DNA of 31,268 nucleotides from Candidatus Micrarchaeota archaeon (lineage in GTDB: Archaea > Micrarchaeota > Micrarchaeia > Anstonellales > Bilamarchaeaceae), in the NCBI GenBank assembly GCA_040754495.1, contig JBFMCO010000004.1, positions 1-31,268 of the forward strand, written 5' to 3'. The notes under the pieces are model-generated. The model did no database searches, was not told the DNA's origin, and saw only the letters and a program-made list of their open reading frames with translations. The stretch's first letter is position 1; every line of letters starts with the position of its first letter. Positions 1 through 7,322 of the stretch are shown in pieces. The position numbers and the translations under genes were made by a program.

Positions 1-964
1 GGCATGTGGGCGGAGGGGGCGGGAGGCGCTCGCATCCGCACGAAGCGGTGCACCTGTGCCCGGCATCGCAGCCTCCGCGCGGAGACCTGCTCCGCGTGTC
101 GCACTGCTCGCCCAGGTTGCGCTCTACCCTGCCGTTGCCGCAGTGCGGCGGCGGGGCCTGGACCACAGGCTGCGCGGGCGCGCAGGATGAATGGTTGGGG
201 CACTGGCACGAAACCGGCGCTTCGGCATCGCAGACCGGCAGGTTCGCGTCGCAGGACTCGCGGTAGCCGTTCGGCTCCACGAGGTAGTTGTTGCCCGGAT
301 TCACGCTCTCCGGGCTTGCGAACATCGCCACGACGCGCCTCTGGGAGCGCTGGACGAGCGGGGTGAGCGGGTCAGGCGTGGTGACCAGAGGCCTGCTTAC
401 CGGGGGAAGCGCGCCCTGGCCCTCGCGCGGGCCGCACATCTGCTGCCTCGCCTGCTCCATCTGGCAGTCGTACGAGTTCGCATCCTCGAGCGGGAGGGGG
501 ATCACCCTTCCGCTGCGGTAGCGCACCTCGCGGGCCGGGTTCCCGTCCGGGCCCCTGAGCGAGACCGCGTTCCCTGCCGGGTCGCGGAGCTGGGCCGGGT
601 CGGTTGCGCTGTCGCACACGTGGTCGCCCCTGAAGCAGTCTTCCTTGGAGTAGTCGGAATTCGGAACGCAGACATTCGCGCCGCCCTGCATGCATTCCTC
701 GGGCGCAGCTGCCCTCGAGCCGTTCCGGGTCCTTATGGTTCCGTCCGCATTGCGCAGATACGGATAGGATTCCGTCTCGACGCAGCAGATGCCGTCGTTG
801 GCTACGGGCTCGCACAGCGGCTCGTACCTTCCGGTCCCGCCGCCCGGGCAGCCCCGCGCGAGAAGCACGAGCGCAGTAGCGGCCGCCACCGTGGTGGCGA
901 ACATCAGCGGCGCTGCGTTGTTCTTTATCTTCTCCTTTGCGTTCTTGTAGAAAACATTCCTCAT
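1..964 (-). CDS. Membrane-anchored Cys-rich surface protein with Myxococcus-type cysteine-rich repeat (partial, runs off the window edge)
   Basis: Not in the ORF track; translated by hand from ATG at 964: MRNVFYKNAKEKIKNNAAPLMFATTVAAATALVLLARGCPGG... It has an N-terminal hydrophobic anchor, many Cys, NDGICC and GDHVCD motifs, and CGNGRVERNLGEQCD near the window edge (TIGR02232/DUF4215-like). No stop before position 1. Starts 2 nt after the stop of the upstream ORF. Confidence 0.8.
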   Translation of the reverse strand, partial: MRNVFYKNAKEKIKNNAAPLMFATTVAAATALVLLARGCPGGGTGRYEPLCEPVANDGICCVETESYPYLRNADGTIRTRNGSRAAAPEECMQGGANVCVPNSDYSKEDCFRGDHVCDSATDPAQLRDPAGNAVSLRGPDGNPAREVRYRSGRVIPLPLEDANSYDCQMEQARQQMCGPREGQGALPPVSRPLVTTPDPLTPLVQRSQRRVVAMFASPESVNPGNNYLVEPNGYRESCDANLPVCDAEAPVSCQCPNHSSCAPAQPVVQAPPPHCGNGRVERNLGEQCDTRSRSPRGGCDAGHRCTASCGCERLPPPPPTC

Positions 965-966
965 CG

Positions 967-3009
967 TCACACCCCCCTCTTCTGCTTTTTGGCCATGTCA
1001 GCCAGGATTATGCCGTAATCCTCCCTCAGCCCCTTGAGGAGCTGCTCGCCCACGTTCTCGTTCTTGTTGTTGACCACGTACGCGAATATGTCCCTCTGCC
1101 TGTCCGGGTGCAGGGGGTCGCCGTTTACGTTCTGCGCGAAGAGCTCGTCGCATATTCTCCTGAAGACGAAGCTGCGAAGCTCGGGCCTGTTGGGGTCTAT
1201 CTCTTCGCCCTCGTTGTAGAGCTTCGTGAACAGGTTGAGCCTGCTGCGCGCGTCATAGACTATTTCGGAAAATTTCGTCAGCTTCCTCTGCATGATTTCG
1301 AGCTCGAGCCCGGGGAGCATTACTGTCCTGATGGTGGCCCTGAGCTTTGGCTGTACGCGGGCCTCGGTGAGCATCTCGTCGAATATGGCATCCCTGCGCA
1401 GCTCGTACATGTACTCGAAGAGCATCTCGTCCGTGCGCATGGCGTGCCTCACCTGCGACGTCTGGTCCTCGAGCTTCGCGTACTTGAGTATTATCTCGGT
1501 GAGCTTGTCCCGGACGTATTTCTCCTTCATCTTGTCCTCTGCAGACCTCTCCGCCCTCTTCTGCTCGCGCGCCGCGGCGCGCTTTGCGCGCACATGCCAT
1601 ATGAGCTCGGTGATGCCGAGCACTGCCACGAGAACCGCACCGAATGCCGCGCCTGCCATCCAGGGGGTTATCTGGGGGGCGGGCCTGCTGCTAAGGTGCT
1701 GCCAGGCGAGCCTCGCACCCTCGGCCATCTCGGAAAACGAGTGCTTGAAGATAAGCGCGCCCGTGAAGAGGCCGAGACCGCCCGCCCAGAGCGTCCTCGG
1801 GTGCGTGATGAACCTGCGGAACGGACCCTGCTTCTTGGAAGGTGGAGGGGGCGGCGGCCTGGACCTGCGGTCCGGCTGCGGCGCGGCTTCCTTCGGGGCA
1901 GCCTGCGGCTGCGCCTGCGAGCCGTTCGACGCGGCCTGCGCCGGGGCAGGGGCCGGGGCCGGAGGCGGGGACGGCTGGCGGTTGTTCTTTATTATCTGGA
2001 ACTCGAGGAGATGTATCTGCTTGCCGAGCGCGCCGAGGAAATCGTTGAGCGCTATCAGGTCCAGCAGCCGCACTTCCACGTCCTCGAACGCAACGTTCTC
2101 GCCGCCCGCCTGGCGGACGAGTTTCTGCTTGGCCTGCGCCTGGCATCTCTGGAGCTCTTCCTTGGTGAATGCGCCCTTGAGCTCGCCCATGCCTTTTTCG
2201 AGGTACGATTTGGCCTCGTCACGTATCCTTTTCGCGCTCTCGAGCCGGTCGCTCTCGGCTATGGCCTGCGGCTCGACCTCGCGCTTGTAAGCATCCTGCA
2301 GCCTCGCAAGGAGCGCTGCGCCTTCGGTTTGCGCCTGGGCTGCGGCCTTCCGCTTCGGCGGCTGTGGGGGCTGGAGCGTGGATTTGTGCGGGGGAGGGGG
2401 CGGCTTTGTGGTGCTTCTGACTGGAGCGGGTGCGGGCGCCGGGGCTGGCGCAGGAGCCGGAGGCTGTGCGGCCTGCTGAAGCACTGGTGTCATGTCGGAG
2501 GCGACCGTCGCCTCGAATGCCGTGCCCGGAGGCCTGGACGCCCTCGGCGGAGGAGGTGGCCTCGTGGCCGGTTTCTGCGCAGGAGGAGCGAACGCCTGGT
2601 TCAGCATGCAGCGTTCGATGACTACCTTGGCAAGAGGGCGAAGCTCCGGCTTGCCGCAGAACGATACAACATCAGCCACGCCATTCCTCACGCATTCGGA
2701 GCGGACCAGGCTGACCAGCGCCTGGGGCGAGAGCTGCATGAGGAGTGTTTCATCGAAGACGGCCTGAATGGGCTGCGATGCGGATTCGGGAGCGGAACGG
2801 GCAACTACGTCAGCCGGGGCCGCAAGCCCTTCGGCCTGGTGCGACGGCGCGTGTCCCTCATGGACAGTAGCCGGGGCTGGTTCTTCGTCTACGCGGGAGA
2901 GCGGGGGGGCATCGTCGGCCTTCGGTTCCTCGAGCGGGGGCCGGCCGGAGGGCGTTTTCCCTTTCGCAGGCTGGCCCCTGTTCCTGTTCATGTCCCTGAG
3001 TTTACCCAT
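967..3009 (-). CDS. Pro/Ala-rich hypothetical membrane protein (two TM helices between helical domains)
   Basis: 684-aa ORF in the track. ATG at 3009 follows a GGGTGTGAGG RBS-like sequence. Polyproline tracts; hydrophobic segments LWAGGLGLFTGALIF and WMAGAAFGAVLVAVLGITELIW. Confidence 0.75.
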   Translation of the reverse strand: MGKLRDMNRNRGQPAKGKTPSGRPPLEEPKADDAPPLSRVDEEPAPATVHEGHAPSHQAEGLAAPADVVARSAPESASQPIQAVFDETLLMQLSPQALVSLVRSECVRNGVADVVSFCGKPELRPLAKVVIERCMLNQAFAPPAQKPATRPPPPPRASRPPGTAFEATVASDMTPVLQQAAQPPAPAPAPAPAPAPVRSTTKPPPPPHKSTLQPPQPPKRKAAAQAQTEGAALLARLQDAYKREVEPQAIAESDRLESAKRIRDEAKSYLEKGMGELKGAFTKEELQRCQAQAKQKLVRQAGGENVAFEDVEVRLLDLIALNDFLGALGKQIHLLEFQIIKNNRQPSPPPAPAPAPAQAASNGSQAQPQAAPKEAAPQPDRRSRPPPPPPSKKQGPFRRFITHPRTLWAGGLGLFTGALIFKHSFSEMAEGARLAWQHLSSRPAPQITPWMAGAAFGAVLVAVLGITELIWHVRAKRAAAREQKRAERSAEDKMKEKYVRDKLTEIILKYAKLEDQTSQVRHAMRTDEMLFEYMYELRRDAIFDEMLTEARVQPKLRATIRTVMLPGLELEIMQRKLTKFSEIVYDARSRLNLFTKLYNEGEEIDPNRPELRSFVFRRICDELFAQNVNGDPLHPDRQRDIFAYVVNNKNENVGEQLLKGLREDYGIILADMAKKQKRGV

Positions 3010-3062
3010 CCTCACACCCACCCGCTATTGTTGTCTTAGTGAGTAAATTATGTAAATACGAG

Positions 3063-3112
3063 TTTTTAAATATGCTGCCCTAGGCGGGCAGGCATTGAAA
3101 AGCCAAAAAAAG
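3063..3112 (-). promoter_or_regulatory. Intergenic terminator (oligo-T plus hairpin) and TATA box for the 967-3009 gene
   Basis: Minus strand reads a T-run after the 3117 stop, hairpin CTGCCC-GCCTA-GGGCAG, then ATTTAAAAA in an AT-rich gap. Confidence 0.55.
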
Positions 3113-3116
3113 AGAA

Positions 3117-4079
3117 TCAGCCGGCAGGTATCTGGGCCGGGACTGAGATGACGCATGCGTTGCCGTCGGGCGGGGCAGTAACTGTCACGCCCTGCAGGCT
3201 GAGGCCGCTCGTGCTCACCACGTTCGCAGACTGCGGGCAGGCTCCGCCGCCGCATCTGGCCGAGGCGCCCTGGACGGACGCCACGCCGCTCTCGCTGATG
3301 CGGACGCTGACGCTCACGTCTATGGCCTGGCCCTGCGCTCCGAGGGCTTCCCTCAGCGAGCCGGCGCTCCTGAAGAGCGGGCCGGTCACGCGGTTGATGA
3401 ACTGCCTGTTGCCGAGGACCTGCGACGCGTATCCGGAGGAGCATGCGCTCACCCGGCCACCGCTTGTCCTCGGCGAGTCGCCGCCTTCCCTCCTGCCGCC
3501 CTCGCGGGGCTCGCGGGGCGTCCTGGAGGCACTACCTACCCCGGTCGGCGCCGGTACGGGCGCGGTCGGGCAGTCCGCCGCGCAGTATATCGCTGCTTCC
3601 TGCTGGTTGCACGACTCGTTCACCGGAACGCTGCCGAATTCGAACGCGCCGTCGCTGCGCTGAACAAGAGCGGAGTAGGCCTGGTTGCGGTCCACCCTGC
3701 CGTTTCCGCAGTGGAAATCAACGTCGCAGACGTACTTCCTCGGGTCGGGCGGCTGGGCCGTCGAAGGCTGCTCCCAGCCCTGGGCAATGCCGTCGCCGCA
3801 GAATCCGCAGCTTGCCGGGTCCCAGTTCGCCGACCTCGGCTCGGCCTCGGCCTTGTCGAGCTCGCAGCGGCCATCGCCGCGTACCGGGGCAGCTTCAGCT
3901 GCGACCGGCTGCTGGGGCGGACACTGTATCGGCTCTGGCGCGGGCTTTCCGCGGCCAAAGAGCAGGAGCGCCGCCACCGCGACGGTTCCGACCGTCACGG
4001 CGGCAGCGTTCTTGTAGCCGAAATATCTTGACTTGAGTTCCTTCTTCTCCCCCGATTTAACGTCCTGTGTCTGTGTCAT
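3117..4079 (-). CDS. Membrane-anchored Cys-rich repeat protein with a possible TonB-C/AgmX-like C-terminal domain
   Basis: TM segment AAAVTVGTVAVAALLLFG; GDGRCE, CGDGIAQGWE and CGNGRVD repeats; C-terminal IDVSVSVRISESGVA...APPDGNACVISVP resembles the TonB-C pattern by eye. ATG at 4079 follows GAGAGGGGTG. Confidence 0.7.
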   Translation of the reverse strand: MTQTQDVKSGEKKELKSRYFGYKNAAAVTVGTVAVAALLLFGRGKPAPEPIQCPPQQPVAAEAAPVRGDGRCELDKAEAEPRSANWDPASCGFCGDGIAQGWEQPSTAQPPDPRKYVCDVDFHCGNGRVDRNQAYSALVQRSDGAFEFGSVPVNESCNQQEAAIYCAADCPTAPVPAPTGVGSASRTPREPREGGRREGGDSPRTSGGRVSACSSGYASQVLGNRQFINRVTGPLFRSAGSLREALGAQGQAIDVSVSVRISESGVASVQGASARCGGGACPQSANVVSTSGLSLQGVTVTAPPDGNACVISVPAQIPAG

Positions 4080-4080
4080 A

Positions 4081-5127
4081 TCAAGCACCCCTCTCCTGAG
4101 CGTTCCGGTGAAGCATCCTCTCGATGCCGGTCCAGACGGCCAGCACGCCGATGACGGCGACTGCAGAGACCACTATTACCGTGTTCAGCGTGCTCGACTT
4201 TATCCAGTCCATGGTCGCGCCGCAGACAGCGAGCGCGGCGCCGAAGGCGCCGACGAACACTTCCGGGAGGTGGTCGATGAACCTTGACAGCTTCGAGCGC
4301 ACGGCCGAGCCGGCCTTCCTGGTCTTCTCCAGGGCCTGCGTGACAGCTGCCACGCCGCCCTCGACCGTGTACTCGACCTCTTTCTTGCCCTGCGCGTTCG
4401 CTCCCTGGTATGTGAGAGTCACGGACATCATGCCGCCGGAAGAATCGACCGTAACGGTCTTCGGGACTCCGAGCTCGAGGCTTACCTCCTTGATGCTCTT
4501 TCCGACCAGCACGAACTTGCACTTGTTCGCCCCTTCCATGCCCTGGAAGTTGAGCTTGTAGCGCGATGGCAGCATCGCATCATCGCCCTCGTCATCGAAA
4601 GCTACGACGCCATGCACCTTCCTCTGCGCCTCCTCCACAACTATGGGCTTCGGGGGCTCCTCTTCCTCGACCGCAAGGCTCCCGAGCGGAGACGGCTCAG
4701 CAACTTGGGGCGGGGGAGGCGGACTCTTTCCCGCAGGAGCCGCAGGCTCCTCCTCTTCTAATATAACAGCGGAGCCGCTGGAAACATCGACCGGAACGCT
4801 AGGCTCCTTTGCGGGCGATTTTTCAGCCAGCGCATCAGCGAGCGCCGGAATGGCCTCGGAGACATCAACGCCTGATTCAGCCGCTACAACAAGGGCTTTT
4901 GCAGCTCTGCCCGCCGCGGATGCCGGTGAGCTGACTGGTGCCGGCTCGGGTTCCGGAACGCTTGCAGGCGCCTCTTCGACAGGAGCGGCCGGCGAAACCG
5001 GCTCCTCCGCTCTCCTTGCCGGGGGCTCCACAAGGCCTGCGCCGAGCTTCGGCGGAGGCTGAGAAGCCGGGCCTTTTACGGCTCCGGCCGCGAGCTTCTT
5101 CTTCCTCTCGTCCCTAAGGCTTCCCAT
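4081..5127 (-). CDS. Pro/Glu-rich hypothetical protein with small beta-rich domain and two C-terminal TM helices
   Basis: 349-aa ORF. ATG at 5127 overlaps the upstream TGA (TGATG). Hydrophobic VFVGAFGAALAVCGA and VIVVSAVAVIGVLAVW. Confidence 0.75.
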   Translation of the reverse strand: MGSLRDERKKKLAAGAVKGPASQPPPKLGAGLVEPPARRAEEPVSPAAPVEEAPASVPEPEPAPVSSPASAAGRAAKALVVAAESGVDVSEAIPALADALAEKSPAKEPSVPVDVSSGSAVILEEEEPAAPAGKSPPPPPQVAEPSPLGSLAVEEEEPPKPIVVEEAQRKVHGVVAFDDEGDDAMLPSRYKLNFQGMEGANKCKFVLVGKSIKEVSLELGVPKTVTVDSSGGMMSVTLTYQGANAQGKKEVEYTVEGGVAAVTQALEKTRKAGSAVRSKLSRFIDHLPEVFVGAFGAALAVCGATMDWIKSSTLNTVIVVSAVAVIGVLAVWTGIERMLHRNAQERGA

Positions 5128-6281
5128 CACTCATCCCCTCCATCAGAAGTTTCCTTGCGGTATTCCTCTGCCTGCGCTTCGACTGCCTGCCAGTCGAGTT
5201 TCTTGAGCAGGTATTCGGAGCGCTTCGCGACATCCTGGACCCTCGCGTCTATTTTCGCCTTCACGGCCGCAAGCTTCTGGTCCTTCTTCACGGCCTCCGC
5301 GTCCTGGAGCTTGGTCACCAGGACCTTCTCGAACCTCGCGAGGATTTCCTCCACGAAGCCCGGGTTCTCCACGAACGTGCCAAGGAGCGCCTTGACCGTC
5401 TGCGGGCCGCGCTCGACCGCCACGCGCACTACATTGTCCACGTTGAGCTTGCCATCAACCATTATCGCGACAAGCAGGTCTGCGGTCACTTTCGCGTTGT
5501 CGCTGACCATCGCAGGTATCCTCTCGCCGTTCTCGCCGCCAAGCGCCTCCAGCTTGTCGCCGACTTCTATCGTCTCGCCATAGAGGAGCGGGACGATGGG
5601 CCTCACGTTGCCATCGCCGTCCACGAACGGGGCGAGCGCCGCTCCCTCGTCATCTCCGAGGAGCTGGCCTTTGAGCGTCTCTATGCCGTCGCCGACTTCC
5701 ATGACTTCTGCGTACATGAGTCCCACGATGGGGCGAACGTTCCCGTCTTCGTCCTTGAAGGGCGCGACCGCCTCTTCCTCATCGTCGCCGTAGAGCTGTT
5801 TCTTGAGCGCTGCAAGGCCTGCCTCGAGCGTCTTCACCCTCTCCTGGAGAGGCTTCACGACCTCGGCCACCGCCGCCTTGACCTGCGCGATTACATCAGC
5901 ATCAGGCTTCTTCGGAGCCGGGGATGCCGCTTCAGGAGCAGGCTTCGGGCCCGCTGGCTCGACGCTCGAGAGCGCGGGCGGCTCCTCGTCCTCCTTGCCG
6001 CCGACCCTCGCGCCTACCGGCGATGCGATGCCAATGCGTGCTACCGGCGCAGCAATTGGCTTTGCGACCGCAGGGCGCCTCGCCCTCATGTCGGTCTCGG
6101 TGGTCGGCTTTTCCTCGTCTGGAAGGTGCGCTTCCGCAGGAACCACAACGGCTACGGGCCTCGTCGCGGTCTCATCCACGAGCGGCTGCGCGGCCGGCCT
6201 CGGCCTCGCCGCAGCCTCTACAACGACAGGCGCGGCGGGCTTCTTCTTTCCCCCACCCAGAAGTCTTCCGATGTTACTCAT
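5127..6281 (-). CDS. Hypothetical protein with Pro-rich N-terminus, internal 44-aa tandem repeat and helical C-terminus
   Basis: 387-aa ORF. ATG at 6281 follows GAGGAGGGTG and overlaps the upstream gene end. Confidence 0.75.
   Translation of the reverse strand: MSNIGRLLGGGKKKPAAPVVVEAAARPRPAAQPLVDETATRPVAVVVPAEAHLPDEEKPTTETDMRARRPAVAKPIAAPVARIGIASPVGARVGGKEDEEPPALSSVEPAGPKPAPEAASPAPKKPDADVIAQVKAAVAEVVKPLQERVKTLEAGLAALKKQLYGDDEEEAVAPFKDEDGNVRPIVGLMYAEVMEVGDGIETLKGQLLGDDEGAALAPFVDGDGNVRPIVPLLYGETIEVGDKLEALGGENGERIPAMVSDNAKVTADLLVAIMVDGKLNVDNVVRVAVERGPQTVKALLGTFVENPGFVEEILARFEKVLVTKLQDAEAVKKDQKLAAVKAKIDARVQDVAKRSEYLLKKLDWQAVEAQAEEYRKETSDGGDE
5544..5807 (-). repeat. Two tandem 132-bp (44-aa) intragenic repeats
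   Basis: LKKQLYGDDEEEAVAPFKDEDGNVRPIVGLMYAEVMEVGDGIET versus LKGQLLGDDEGAALAPFVDGDGNVRPIVPLLYGETIEVGDKLEA. Confidence 0.9.
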
Positions 6282-7227
6282 TATCCACACCCTCCTCAGA
6301 ATCGTGCTCTATCCCAGCTATTTCCTCCTGTGTAAGCTCGGTATTAAGACCGTTCTTGTTGAGGATCGCCATAATCGCGCCGACGGCGACGTCCATCTTC
6401 TTCTGGAACGCCTTGAGCTCGCCGGTCAGCGCATCCACCGCGCCTTCGGCACTCCTGGCCGCGACCTCGGCCTTTGACGCCGCGTCGTTGGCCTCGCCGA
6501 CCATCTTCTGCGTGTCCTCGGCGATTCCCTTCGCGGTATCGATGAGGTCCTTCGCCTCCTCGGCGCTGTTCTCCGCTTTCTCGGCAGCGCGCAGGGCCGC
6601 ACCGGCGCTGCTTTTCGCGACATTGACCTCGGCCACGACGTGGGATATGATGTCGCTGCCGGTCAGCGTCTTCTGCTCCTTGCTGCCGTCTTCCCCGACT
6701 ACTTCAACCGTCTGCTTGAGCATGACTTCCACGACCGCCCTCACGGTGTTCGGTATCGCGGACACGCGCTCGCCGAGCTTCTGGAGCGCCTCGACGCCGA
6801 CGTATTCGACGCTCTTGCCCCCTTCCTTGAAGCTGAGCTTGAGACCATCGAGCATTCCTTTAATCTCAGTCAATGCTGTTGACGCTGCACCCGCTTCCCG
6901 CGTGGCCAGAGCGGCCTGCGAATCGAGGTGAGTGGCCTTGGCGGCGAGCTCACCGTTGGATTTCTCCACCTTCTCTGCATTCGCCGCTATTTCCCTGGCC
7001 TTTATGTCGACGGAAGCGGCAGCCTCCCTCGCGCCCCTGGCGTCCGCCCTGATGCTGTTGAGGCCGCCCTCGATGTCCTCCCTAGTGCCGTTCACGAGGT
7101 CAAGTATGGCCTCGGCCATGGGCGATTCGCCCAGCACCGTTTTCAGCTTCGCGGCGCCTGCCTCGGAGCGCTTCCTCCCCTGTTCGTGGTTCTTCTTAAC
7201 GACGTCTGCCTGTGGTCCTCCCGCCAA
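6274..7227 (-). CDS. Ala-rich coiled-coil hypothetical protein
   Basis: 320-aa ORF with long Ala/Glu/Lys heptad stretches. GAGGTGA RBS lies 5 nt before a TTG at 7227, the likely start. Confidence 0.75.
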   Translation of the reverse strand: MAGGPQADVVKKNHEQGRKRSEAGAAKLKTVLGESPMAEAILDLVNGTREDIEGGLNSIRADARGAREAAASVDIKAREIAANAEKVEKSNGELAAKATHLDSQAALATREAGAASTALTEIKGMLDGLKLSFKEGGKSVEYVGVEALQKLGERVSAIPNTVRAVVEVMLKQTVEVVGEDGSKEQKTLTGSDIISHVVAEVNVAKSSAGAALRAAEKAENSAEEAKDLIDTAKGIAEDTQKMVGEANDAASKAEVAARSAEGAVDALTGELKAFQKKMDVAVGAIMAILNKNGLNTELTQEEIAGIEHDSEEGVDNE

Positions 7228-7259
7228 ATGAATCACCTCAATGATTATGTCTAGTGTGT

Positions 7260-7313
7260 GTTTGTGTATACTTTAGTGGGAAATGTATTTAAATGTTTGC
7301 CTAAGTAAAAAAA
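7260..7313 (-). promoter_or_regulatory. Oligo-T terminator of the giant gene and TATA box of the 7227 operon
   Basis: Minus strand: T7 run just after the 7323 stop, then CAAACATTTAAATAC (BRE/TATA-like), then TACACAAA. Confidence 0.6.
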
Positions 7314-7322
7314 CGTGGAATG

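Noticed and set aside
937-3039. 700-aa plus-strand ORF, and other long antisense ORFs such as 22732-24216 (-), 12736-13629 (+) and 9768-10709 (+)
   Set aside because: They are shadows of real genes on the opposite strand in GC-rich DNA, with no motifs, RBS or operon coupling.
6274-7227. Methyl-accepting chemotaxis protein call for the coiled-coil ORF
   Set aside because: It lacks the MCP hairpin signature (LLALNAAIEAARAGE-GRGFAVVA) and any TM or HAMP segment; the similarity is compositional only.
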